This document shows positions 44,281-56,181 of a stretch of DNA of 64,000 bases, one piece after another. Each line of letters starts with the position of its first letter. Positions within the stretch are counted from its first letter, which is position 1. This DNA comes from Rhynchopus sp. YZ270_cl-10 (lineage: Eukaryota): contig OZ037842.1 in NCBI GenBank assembly GCA_964035575.1, forward strand, positions 1,488,001 through 1,552,000. Direction: 5' to 3'. Under the pieces are notes generated by a model. The model ran no database searches. It was not told where the DNA came from and saw only the letters and a program-made list of their open reading frames with translations. The position numbers and the translations under genes are program-made.

Positions 44281-44765
44281 GAGAAAGAGCATTATGGCTG
44301 TGTTACCATGTCCAAAACCTAACTTGTTTTCAATTTTCCACGACTTCCGTGCATGAAAGAAGTGTTTTGTACAGGTTTTGGTTTCTTCTCGAAGACTATT
44401 GTAGTTGTCAGTTGTGGATGCTGGGGTCCACACTGTCACGCCCCCCCAGAACACTTTCAGTGTGTTTTTAGCACTCCATCTTTTGCTTTTTTCGACATTA
44501 TTAATGAAACGTCGTGCCACCCCATACTGTTGTACACTACGTCCCCACTCGGTTGTGCTCTAGGCATGTGTTCATCGCAAATGATTGTGTTGCACAACCA
44601 CGGTACAAACTCTGTCCGTATTTGTTGTTCTCCTTACCCAAAGGTTTTCATGCCATTGGCGCTCCCAAGGCACTAGGTTTGCTAAGGGAGATACAGACTC
44701 GAGCTTGCGATTCTTGCGAGAACCGAATGTTTTCATTTTTCATTTTTTGTCTCTTTTGATAGAGG

Positions 44766-45143
44766 TATGGTATGCAGAAGATCTTAACAAAGAGGTAGGG
44801 ATGTTCCCAAAAAAAAACCCCCCCCATCTTAGGAAATATTTTATCTAATATCTTAGTGAAAACCCACCTATAAAGCCGGTTTCGATTTGAAAAAAGAAAA
44901 TTACACTGAGCGGGTGTTTTCGATTTTTTTTTTACGTGCAAAAAATTGTTTGGGGGTGGGTTTTCACCTTAGATAATTTCTCCGGACATTCGCCGAACTT
45001 AGACTTGGCCCGATAAACTCATTTGTCCTCCGGAAATATTTCACGTATGTCTCTAGACTGGGCTCTGGCTTAGAAATCCGGAAACTAAGATCTTAACAAA
45101 GCAGGGTTCTTCCATATCTGAGGTAAGATCTTCTGTGTTCCAC
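44766..45143. mobile_element. Degenerate MITE related to the 59363-59720 element
   Basis: Inverted ends TGGTATGCAGAAGATCTTA / TAAGATCTTCTGTGTTCCA and an internal TAAGATCTTA motif. Confidence 0.55.
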
Positions 45144-47481
45144 AGAGAGACCGTGCGAGTCGGTTACATCTTCGTCACTGAATTCGCCTTATTCCCCCCC
45201 TGTTTTATTTTTTCTTTGTTTCTCCAAAACATCAAATTCAAGTATGTGTACCACAACCCAATTGTAATAACTGTATTTTTTTCTTTGTGATTTGTTTTTC
45301 AGTGCTATTAGCTCGGATGATTTCAGAAATAAGGGGCTCTCCTTATAGGCGACGTGACTAAGCACAGAGAGGCTTAGGATCATCTTATAAAATCTTCTAA
45401 AAAGAAGCGGCTGTGTCGATTTTTCCCGTTTCATCTGTCCACCTTTAGGTGAGGCAATAATTCTTCAGAAAAAAAATGTGTTTTTTTTTGTGTCAAATGC
45501 CAAGCATTATTTGCAAAGGGGTGAGGGGTAAAGGGGGGGTTATGGGGGGAAGGGCCTACTGAATTACTAAAGGGGCTGAAAAACGATGTATTGTATCACC
45601 TATCTCGGATAGGGGTGCATGCATCGAAAAGGGCTGAAAAAAATGTGTTTCAATACCTCCAGAAACCCTACATTTAAAGGTGCCTAAGCACGAGAGGCTT
45701 AGGATCATCTTATAAAATTTTCTTTAAAACTGTGCGTTTTCCCCTTTTTTATTGAGTCATATTTACATGATCATTTTATGGGTTTTTTTTTGAGCGTTGC
45801 AGAACAAAAGGTATAGTGGAGCACACTCTAGGGTGTCTACACTAATACAACCAAGTTTTCAAAAAAACGTCGTCGCTGCACCCCCTATCAGTGGTAAGGA
45901 GGGTATAAAAAAACCCCCTTCCCCTGACGGATGTCCCTGTACGATTAAAAAAGGGAATGGGAGTCGGATCAGGTATTCTCACATCTGCTCACATTCTTTG
46001 GGGAAGAGGTGTGCTGTCTGTATCCAAGCCTTTCATTTGGGTGACTTTGCGTGTTTGAGTACAGAACCCATCTCTTTGGTGGGTGGTTCGATGCGATGGT
46101 TTTTAAAAAATGTGTAGGGAGACAAAAGACTAGACCAGTGTTTTTTGTTCGTTGGTGTGTGTTTTTTTTTTTGCCAGATTTCTTGAGGGAAGTTGCAAAA
46201 AGGAGAGGGGTTCTGTTTAGAGTGAAGTTTGAAGCTTTGCCTTTGCATCTCATCAACTGTTTCTCTTTGTTTTTGAAAGAGTTGGTTTGGTTTGTTTTGC
46301 GTTTTTTGTTTGTTAATTTCTTTTGGCACTGAGGGCAATTTATATTTGGTTGCACAGTTCTATCTTTTCTTTTTAGATACTGTAACTGTTGTAGCCTTAT
46401 CCTGACTGAATGCGAGGTGGCTGAGGGTGACTCAAAAAATAAATTAGTATAGTGGAGTTCATCCTCGGGTGTCTACACTGATACAACCAAGTTTTCAAAT
46501 AAAATAAAATCACCCCAGCCACCGCACAAATGGAGCAAGATGCCACCGATTAATGTCTCTGAGGCTCGAGAAGGTGCGGTGCTGTCTGCAGATCGAGTAG
46601 CAGAGCACCTCGGTTCACTACTCCAATTGATTGGGCAGAGAGGTTACGTTAGCCTTGGTGGAGGTAAGCAAGTGGAGGTGTACCAAACACAAGGCTGCAT
46701 AACTTTTTTTTTGTACGAAGAACAAATCCGATCCATGTCCGAACCGTGTCATCCAAAACAAAAAAATAAAGTGTTGTCGTCATTTTTTGCAAAAAGCCGT
46801 CTTCAGTACGAGCTTTGCAGTCTTTCTATTAAGGCCTCCGTTCTTAACGTTATTGAGCCTTTTACATTTTTTTTTTTGTTTCCTCTTTTTTGGACTTCTT
46901 GACCTCAGAAAGAAACACTGCTGACCGACATGTGTTTAATTGTACTGGCGTCACAGTCCACTTCTGCTTACCAGAAGTTTACCTCTTAGTTTTAATGAAA
47001 CAAGATGGACAGACGCGATTTCCCCCTCGTTCCTTTCTCCGTGTTTTGTTTTTATTGTGCGTGTGCCCACGGAGCCCATGCATTCAACCTGTTATTTTTA
47101 TCGGATGCCTCAGCACCACTGGCTAACGGCATCTCGAACGTCTGGTATTGTTTTGGTCTGTTTGTTTATTTTACCCGAGCTGACTGGTGATAACTTTTTT
47201 TTTCTCTTTTATTGTCGCTCACATTTCTTGGATATTTGTGAGCCGCAGTCAGCTACTAATAAGAAACAAAGAATAAAAACGCCCGTCCGGTTATGTTTTC
47301 CTGCAGCTTTACCTCCCATCACCCCCACCATTCGCCACTCAGGATCCACTACACACCAACCCACCACACCTCCCCACACACGACACATTTCCTGGTTTTG
47401 TTCCAGAGAGTTGGCGGTTTTGCGACGAGAAGTATTTCATCCGTGCGTTATTTGTGTTTGTTGTCTTAGGTAGACAGGAAG

Positions 47482-48440
47482 ATGTCGGGCAGCAAGCAAA
47501 GAGGGGGTGACAAGGACAAGGTCAAGTCTTACTTCCACAAGTTCAATGCCAGCCGTGGAAGCCAAGAAGAGGAGGACAAGAAGAACAGCAATGACCCAGG
47601 GCTGATGACGCAGAACCAGCACCTCATGAAGACACCGCAAATCTCCAACCAACCATCTGCGAATGGGGGGAGAAATTTCTCACCTGTGAACGCTGCTGAG
47701 TACGAACCCCTTCTGAAGCCCTCGTACCCCGAACACAAAGGCCGTGTCTGCCTTGTGCTGGACTTGGACGAAACACTGGTGCACTCCTCTTTCCGCCCAG
47801 TGCCCATGCCTGATATGATTCTTCCGATTGAGATTGACGGCCAAACCTATCGTGTGTACGTGAAGAAACGTCCCTTTGTGGAGGAGTTCATCCGCTTCTG
47901 CTCCACGCGGTTTGAGGTGGTTGTCTTCACTGCGTCGCTGTCAAAGTACGCAGACCCGCTTCTGGACCAGCTGGACCCTGGCAGGCAGTACCTGGGCACA
48001 CACAGGCTGTTCAGAGAGCACTGCTCACACACAAACGGTGCATACGTGAAGGACCTTTCCCTTCTGGGGAGACCACTGCAGAAGATCTGCATCATCGACA
48101 ACTCTCCTGTTGCGTATCTGTTCCAGTCTCAGTATGTTCAGTGCTCAACTTTTTCCCCCTTTTTTTCCCCTCTGCATTTTTGCAATTTTGTGTCACATGC
48201 ATAAAAACCCACCACCACAGCAACGCACTGCCATGCACATCGTGGTTCGAGGACAAGTCGGACACAGAGCTGCGTGACTTCCAACCCATGCTTGATGAGC
48301 TCTCGCGAAGCGACAATGTCTACAGTATGTCTTTTTTTCTTGCTCAAACGACCTTACTCTACGTACGATACCATTATACTCTTTTTACAGTCCAACTAGA
48401 CGAATACCACAAGCAGCTTGCGCAAAAGGCGAAGAAATGA
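47482..48440 (+). CDS. SCP/CTD small phosphatase copy 2, 267 aa; join(47482..48131,48221..48324,48391..48440)
   Basis: Same protein and intron positions as copy 1. Confidence 0.93.
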
Positions 48441-49136
48441 CGCGAACACGAATGAGGGACAGTTTTGTTTTTTAAAGGTGACAATCACGAGGTTAACCTT
48501 GCTTGATCTCTGTCCTTTTCCCCCTCTTTTTTTTTTTTGGATTAGCTCACCGAACCCTGATGTGACCTAGCTTATGGTTGGATTGGGTGTATGTTGAGCA
48601 CAGAGGAGAATCCTCAATCTGTTAAGTCCACTTTGGGCTTTGTGCGGTACAGAGAAATAAATAATGGAGCAGTCAAAAAAAAAAAAGGGTGTCGCACAAT
48701 AAGAACACCCACATCACATCAATGATAAGGACCACACAAAAAAACGAAGCATTTTTTTTTTTTTGAAAGAAAAATTCTCCCCCACTCCCCCAGACCCAAG
48801 TCTTTTTGTGTACACTATTTCCCTCGAGGAGGATGATCTTATGTGTTTTATTAGTTCTTTTTGTTGTTTCGAGTGGAATCGTCCATTCAAAATGGGGTGT
48901 TACAATGTGTCGTGAAGGAGTATTGTATACCGGCCGTAAAAAAGGTCAAGCTCCCGGAAAACCCCGGAAAAGGTCAAACATTTTTATAGTCGGCGACAGT
49001 ATGTGGTGTGTACGTTAGAGTTCTTTCTTTAGGTAACTAAACACGCGAGGCTCGGATTCATCACACCAACCTTTCTTTTTTTGCACTATCAACTGCACTT
49101 TTTTTCCGGAGTGAAAAAAGGCTTCAGACAACATTA

Positions 49137-49233
49137 CCGTAGTTCGTACAAATTATCGTAATAATGTTCGACCTTTTCAGGATTTTTCTGGAAGTTCTAC
49201 CTTTTTTACGGTCGATAATTTGTACGAATACGG
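49137..49233. mobile_element. Tc1/mariner-type MITE, CCGTATTCGTA family (a more degenerate relative lies at about 48923-48999)
   Basis: CCGTAGTTCGTACAAATTATCG / CGATAATTTGTACGAATACGG with TA flanks. Interior is the reverse complement of part of the 2467 copy. Confidence 0.8.
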
Positions 49234-52200
49234 TAAGTACATTCACCAAGTTGAGTACTTCTTCAATTCGGCACAATAAAAACGGCACGGTAATTCTCCA
49301 ATGCAACACTATGGCAGTGTACAACCAATAAGAGGAAATGCCATGTACGGGAATATTTACCCTGTGAACCCTGTGTGGAGAGCTCAGAATGTTTACTAGA
49401 TGGTTTTTGTTGTGCAAAAGGCTCTTTTGTCATTTTTTTTTTCTGTTATATTTACGTCTCGGGGGCGTGTCCTCACCCCGTACTTCACCCAACCTCCCTA
49501 CCAACACTTTACATTCTTCTTTCACCCCTCCCCTTTATGCACTGTGGTTTAACCGACACATGCATTCCTTTTGTAAGTGAGTGACGAAAAAAAAAATAAA
49601 AAACGAAAAAAAATCCCCATTTTTTTTTTTTTGAAAGAATATTGGAGAACGAAGTGTTTCCGCTGTTTATTTTTTAAATCGTGGAGAGAAAAAAAGTACA
49701 GTGCGCAACATCTTTTGGTGTCCGTACTAGCGAAAGATTTCAAAAAAAAAACCCCCTCCTCCTTCCCCTCCCCCCTTTCGGATACGGAGTGTTAACAAGA
49801 ATTTTATTTCTTTTACTTCTTACTCTCGAACCCCCTTTTCTCTCGTAGTGCACCACCTTTCGGTGAGAGGCATCTGATAACTCCCCCCCCTTTTTTTTTT
49901 TTCAAAGTGACTAAACAAGATATTTGGCCTTCATATGATTCGTTTTTTTGTACAACAGGAGCATTAACACCCCCGATAACGCTTATGAAAAATATGTGCG
50001 TGCACTCGAGACATGTTCATCTTTCAAGTATTTATATTTGTGCGGGAGTCTACGACCGTAGCGTTTCGCACTTCCAACTCCACCCCTTTTAGGAGTGTGC
50101 ACAAACACGGCACATTTCATCATAAAATTTTCTATTCTCTTGATATCATTGAAAAACTTTTCATATTTTCCCTCTTTTTGTGAAGGCATTTGTTGGTACG
50201 CCCTGGGAGATATGTGCTGTCTGTGGTCCCCTCGAAACAAAAAAAACAGGGAATCCTGTCCCCACTGCCTTGAGTGGTGTGGAACCCCGCTGTGTAGAAC
50301 AAGAAAAGGTGGTCAGAGGCAGTACCAGGGTCAAGTGTTCACACTAAACCCGCCTATACTGTAGGCAATCGTTCAAAAAAAAAAAACTCGGTTTTTATAT
50401 TCTGTGATTGCGTCAAAAAAATACCCTTAAAATGGTGTGTGAAAAGGGTCCTTCACGCCCCCCTGTTTTTTTCTGTTTTGTTATCCTCATTAACAGATTC
50501 TTCAATTTATTCCGAACCTTTTTTTTTGGTTGTTTTTTTTGCAGAAGGTTTGGGGTCCTTCCGCCATGGTGGGTGTGTGTTGTGTGCTCTCTTTTTTTAA
50601 CAAAAAAGCTTGGTATTCACTCTCGTCACTTCAGCGCTGCCGATGTAGTGTGGCTGCTATGTGTTCTATCCAGAGTGAACCCGGGGAGGCTGTGCGCACA
50701 CCACACTCTGCGAATTAATCTTGTTAGCTTTCTTTCAAAGTCGACCAAGGACGAGGCTGGGGTCCGTCTACCAAACATTTGAAACATGTGTATGCGCAGT
50801 GAAGCATATTCATCAACTTTTCTTTTTTATATCAACCTGATTTTGTCCCGTAGCAACTCCCGCTAAGAAAACTCCCAACACCGCCAAAGTCGGTCAAAAT
50901 CAAGTGGATCCTGTCGTTAACTCAAACAATTTTTTTTTCTTTTATACAGAATGGTGTGTCGCCCCCATCGACGCCATTCATCTTTCAACATCCTCCGTTC
51001 TTTTTTTTTTCATGTCGTGTCGACATCTGTACAGGTGTTCTGCACTTTACATTTTCTTCCCCCTTCATCGAGGGAGGGGTGAGCCACTTTCAAGTGGACA
51101 CACAGACAAAAAAAAAATCCTTCTTTTTCTACAGGATATAAATTAGCCGTTGGGGTCTTGTTTTTGTTTTTTTGGTAATTTGTTGGATTAGTGTAGCAGC
51201 CAGAGAGACAGTCTTTGATTTTATATATTTTGAGGTGGCAAAAAAAACAAAAAACACAGGCTTAAAATCATCTGACCGACTAGTCCATTTGGGGGAGGAT
51301 ATTTCACTGTTCTTCCCTAGAAACGCAATCCCTTTCCTCTTCCATTACCCTCCCTTTTTTTGCGTTTTGCAACAAAAGAACGAAAGCAAAATTCATTCAC
51401 CAACTCTCCCTACTCAAAAATTTTCTTTTTCGTGCGAGATTTAGCTATGCTGTGAGCAAGCAAGGGGGCGACAGGAGTGGGTATGGTACAGACAGAGAAA
51501 GCAAAAGTCGCTGCAGGATAATGCGACTCTGTGTTTACACAGACTGGTAATAGTTGTTAAGGCAAAGTAGTGTTCCAAATCTGAGAGCTTTTTGACGGCT
51601 GTCTGTTCGAAAAAATTACAATAAACATAAAAAGAGGGGGTTTTTTTTACACTCCTTCATCAGATAACTTTGGTGATAAATCCTGCGAGGTTTAGATTTT
51701 ATAAACTTTTTTTTTTGTATCAGTCTAAATGGGAGCCAATTACCCCCCCCTAGCCAATTACCCCCCCCCCTTATATTACCCCCTTTTTCCAAAATCCGAA
51801 AATACGAGATTTTTCAGTGTCTATTACCCCCCCCCCCCCCTTTAGGTGGTCCCACGTAGAAGGAAATCCTTAAGGATTTGCTGTGGACACACATGTGACC
51901 CCACCGTGGAGAGCAATCGGCTCGCGCAATCAAAAGAAAGCAGAGAAAAGAGGAAAGAAAAAGAAAAAAGTTGCGTACCATGCGCCTGCGGCGCTATCTG
52001 TTCCCTACCCCCCGTGATGTACTTATGTATATTCCACCTGATTTTACCGGTGTTTTCCGGTGTTAGCCGGTGAAGTCACGGCATTGGGTACTGGGTACAC
52101 TCACTTCATCATTGTACTAGCCCAGGGAGGGGCTACCGGCAAGGTCTCTTCCAATCCGTACCCCAGTTTCCTAGGGGGCTTCACTGGCTCGGGCTCCAGT

Positions 52201-52500
52201 AGGTCCCTCCGCACATGTAATGTGCCTGCCTTCGGCACCCAGGGTAGCATTCCCAGTACCTTTTACCCTCAGGTCAGACCTTCATAGAGTTCCAGGAGGA
52301 GTGCCACAACAGGGTCCCCGGATGCGATTTAACGTCCAGCCCAGGACGAGAGGGGCTGAGCAGGGATTTTTTTAAATTTAGGTGAAGGAAATCCACTAAG
52401 GTGGGCGTGCCTGGCCGCAAATCGCCTTGGGGATCACCAAAATATCCCATTGGTACCGGGTACCGTGGGTACCCAGGTATACACAAACCCGCAAATACGG

Positions 52501-52716
52501 TACACACGTACACACGTACACACGTACACACGTACACACGTACACACGTACACACGTACACACGTACACACGTACACACGTACACACGTACACACGTACA
52601 CACGTACACACGTACACACGTACACACGTACACACGTACACACGTACACACGTACACACGTACACACGTACACACGTACACACGTACACACGTACACACG
52701 TACACACGTACACACG
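52501..52716. repeat. Perfect tandem repeat (TACACACG)27
   Basis: 27 uninterrupted 8-bp units. Confidence 0.98.
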
Positions 52717-52834
52717 TATACAGGTACACAGGTAGGTGTCTATTACCCCCCCCCCCCCCCCCCCCCCCTTATATTACCCCCAAAACCCGAATATGACCCT
52801 CAAGGGGGGGGGGGTAATTGGCTCCCATTTAGAC

Positions 52835-53976
52835 CAGGCTTCGCGCTAACTTTTGGAAAAAAATCTGAAAAATCGTGTTTCGGGACCAAAAAAACGCACC
52901 TCAAATAGTTGTGCGTCAGGGGGTGAAAAAACAGTGTTTTGTGGCATTTCCGAGCCAATCCCGCGCTGTGGTGGGGCATATTCGGGAAAATGGACAAAAT
53001 TTTAGTGACTTAAATTTTCACAAAATATGAACCCATACTCTTAAACAAGGGGCATTTTCAGGTCTGAAAACCCAAATTCAGATGAAATTGTGGTGTTTTG
53101 ACTGGGAACAGGTAGCGCCGCAGGCGCACGGTACCCAACTTTTGTCTTTTTATGTTTCCCTTTTTTCTGCTTTCTTTTGATTGCACGAGCCGATTGCTCT
53201 CCACGGTGGGGTCACATGTGTGTGCAAAAACACTCTAAAGTACTCTTACTCTGAACGATGAGATTCCTCTGGTTTTAGTAAGGAAACCCCTGTTTGCAAA
53301 AAGTGCATAAATTTCCTGTGGCTTTTCCCCGCCAAGAGGTCGTTTTGTTGCATTTCCGAACCAATCCCGGATTGTGGTGGGGGATGTACGGAAAAATGGA
53401 CAAAAATGCAGCGACTTAAAATTTGACAAAACATGAGCCCATACTCGTAAACAAGGGTTATTTTCAGGTCTGAAAACCCAACGTACTGAAGAAGCTATCG
53501 GTAACGTAGTGATGACGGTGGGGTTTCAGTGACCACAGAGAAGAGTGAGAAAACCCAGGACGGTTATGGCCTCGGAGGGGGTGTGCCCCATGGCGTCCTA
53601 ATCAATCTTTATCCGTGAGGGAGGGGGGATCATCCTCAGGGGGGATGTGGAGTCGTACTCAAAATAAAATGAACTGTACATAAGTACATCATGTTTAAAC
53701 ATAAAGGAGGGTAGGAACAGGTAGCGCCGCAGGCGCACGGTACCCAACTTTTTTCTTTTTTTCTTTTCCCTCTTCTCTGCTTTCTTTTGATCGCGCGAGA
53801 CGATTGCTCACCACGGTGGGGTCACATGTGTGTGTGAAAACACTCTAAAGTACCCTTACTATGAAATATGAGATTCTCTGGTTTTCTTAAGGAAACCCCG
53901 GTTTGCAAAAAAAAAAACGCACCACAAAAATATCCAAAAATCCCGGGACAAAGGACAGAAGTTAGCGCAAAGCCTG
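52835..53976. mobile_element. Non-autonomous hAT element (1142 bp)
   Basis: 18-bp TIR CAGGCTTCGCGCTAACTT / AAGTTAGCGCAAAGCCTG (1 mismatch). 8-bp TSD ATTTAGAC at 52827-52834 and 53977-53984. Internal direct repeats. Confidence 0.92.
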
Positions 53977-55008
53977 ATTTAGACTGATCAATTTTTTTTT
54001 TTTTTGCAGAATTTTCTGTAAAGAAGCCATAACTTTGACATACACTTTACTGCATTTCAACATCCTACACGCACATCACCATCAAATTACAACGGAAACT
54101 CTGCAACAAATATAAATTAAAACATTCTGAAAACACTTTTTAGGGTTTTCTTGCGGGAAGGGAATAATATAATTTGCACTAAATATGCTCACAATATTAT
54201 CTTTAAAAAAATAGAAACTAAAGTGGAGTTGTGCATACGTATGCAACTGCACCCTTCCAATAATTTGTCAAAAAAAAAAAAAGGGTACTTTTGTGGAGCA
54301 TTTTCGCGTTGTGTTCACACTAAAAGAAAAGCTACCACGGCTCTGCCTTCCGTACAAAGGTTTCAGATATCATTGAGTATAGGTCCGTTACCAGTTACCC
54401 AAGGTGGGTATTTTTGGGCGAGTTGATAACAACAAAACTGAGGTTTTCAGGAACGTATCTTTTTTTTATGAATGGTACCCTTTCCTGGTACGAATAGCCG
54501 TCGTTTTTTAAGATGTGTATGCACTGTGCATATTCGACACACAACTTTTCTTAAATAAAATTGTAACATGTAAAAAAGGGGAGGGAGTAGGAGGGGGGAA
54601 ATGATGTTATCACAATACAGAGGTCCAGTACACAGCTCCTTCAGGGCACACAATATATAAAAAAAACACTAAAAATAAAAGCTCCCCACCACACCCCCTC
54701 CCCCTCCCCAACAGATAAAAAAACTGTTTCGAAAAAAAGTTGCACTCTTATTTTACAAAACGAGCACCACTGTTTCCTTGGATGACAACAATCCACTCTG
54801 TGTGCTCCTTCTATGAGTGATGCTACCTGCATACGCTACGTTCTATATTTTCCAGTGGAAGATTGTTTCCAACCTGAGCAAGCCATGAAACAATACGGCC
54901 ATATCGTAGTTTTCTTTGCGCTTTTCATGGCTGGCATCCTATGTGGGTAAGTTGCCATCAATAATTATTTTCTTTTCTCCACAACACACCTTTCCAGAAG
55001 ACAACGTC

Positions 55009-56181
55009 ATGGCAGACCCACCAGCGGCAACGATGCAACCAGCCGAGGTGATTCCTATCCACATGCTCCCTTTGAAGGGAAGACAGCTGTTCGGCGCTGC
55101 GTCGAAGGTGCTAGGGGGTGTGCAGGCACGCAAGCTGTTTGAGGATCCGCAATTCGTGCAGTTGGTAACGCAGATTCTTGATACACCGGCAAGCACCGCA
55201 CAGCCAGCGAAAGAGACTCCAAAACAGACGTCAAAACCAGCATCCGAGGGCACAGCGCACACAGAGAAAGTCAGTGGTGTTCATCGGGCCCTTGCAGCAA
55301 GGAACAAAGTGGACGTCGGCACACTGCAGCCTGTAGTTATCCCCCAGCAGACCCCTCAGGATTACCCCGTGGGGACTATCATCCCCAGCCAGTTCGGCTC
55401 CTACTGCCACCTGGAAGCAGGGTTCCCAAACCAAACGTGGGATCTCAGTGAAGACTCCGGTGCCACCCACATCCTAGCATTGGACGTCGAAAACTGTCCA
55501 GCATTCTTTGCAGACTGTGCCCTCTGGGAGATCATCAATAAGCGGAAGTATCTGCCGCCTGGCTGTTATGTGGTGACGTGCATCTCAACGAACGCGGCCC
55601 TGCAGAAGAAGCTGCTCATAGGGCATGTACTGGAAGATCTCATCAAACGCAACAGGCTGAGTCTGACCAAAGTCCGCAGCAGTGACTCGAACGCCTCTGA
55701 CTTCTCACTCACGACGCGTACCATGGAGGCAGTGGACATCACAAAGCGTGGCGTCCCGGTCACTCTGATCTCAGCTGACAACGACTTCGATGAGTTGCAC
55801 AGAACCTTTTTCGACGAAGGTGTGGCCTTCACCCGGTACCAATCATACGTAGGCTGCTTCCGGGAAATGCGGTGGAATTCGCTCCTCCCGGAGCAGTGGG
55901 CAGATGAGACTGCGCTGTCCGCGGATGCGGAACTGTTCTTCAGCCAGCTGCAAAGGAGGTTCACCGGCGACGCCTCCGCCGTGGCACTGCCAGTAAAGGA
56001 CATGCCTCCTGCACACACCGTGACTGAGGTCGACTATGGCAGACAAGTGCCCGTGAAGAGCCAGTTGAGAATTATTCATCAGTCGGACTCAAAAAAGCGG
56101 AATAATCAGAACAAATGGAAGCCTTCCACTAGGCAGCATCTTAAGAACGCGATTTTCGAGAAGATGGAGGGCCAATATTGA
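55009..56181 (+). CDS. NYN/PIN-like domain protein, putative RNase (390 aa)
   Basis: ILALDVENC, NASDFSL and VTLISADNDFDEL match the NYN acidic motifs DxEN / D / SxDxDF. ATG 55009 follows TTTCCAG. Confidence 0.75.
   Translation: MADPPAATMQPAEVIPIHMLPLKGRQLFGAASKVLGGVQARKLFEDPQFVQLVTQILDTPASTAQPAKETPKQTSKPASEGTAHTEKVSGVHRALAARNKVDVGTLQPVVIPQQTPQDYPVGTIIPSQFGSYCHLEAGFPNQTWDLSEDSGATHILALDVENCPAFFADCALWEIINKRKYLPPGCYVVTCISTNAALQKKLLIGHVLEDLIKRNRLSLTKVRSSDSNASDFSLTTRTMEAVDITKRGVPVTLISADNDFDELHRTFFDEGVAFTRYQSYVGCFREMRWNSLLPEQWADETALSADAELFFSQLQRRFTGDASAVALPVKDMPPAHTVTEVDYGRQVPVKSQLRIIHQSDSKKRNNQNKWKPSTRQHLKNAIFEKMEGQY

Larger units (their letters stand above)
51721..53986. mobile_element. Non-autonomous CAGTC-terminus transposon whose right TIR is interrupted by a hAT element
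   Basis: Left TIR CAGTCTAAATGGGAGCCAATTACCCCCCCC. Right TIR GGGGTAATTGGCTCCCATTTAGAC|insert|TG. AT flanks at 51719-51720 and 53987-53988. Confidence 0.85.

Noticed and set aside
52274..52908. ORFs with VCTCVRVY / THVHTYTR repeats
   Set aside because: Translation artefacts of the (TACACACG)27 array.
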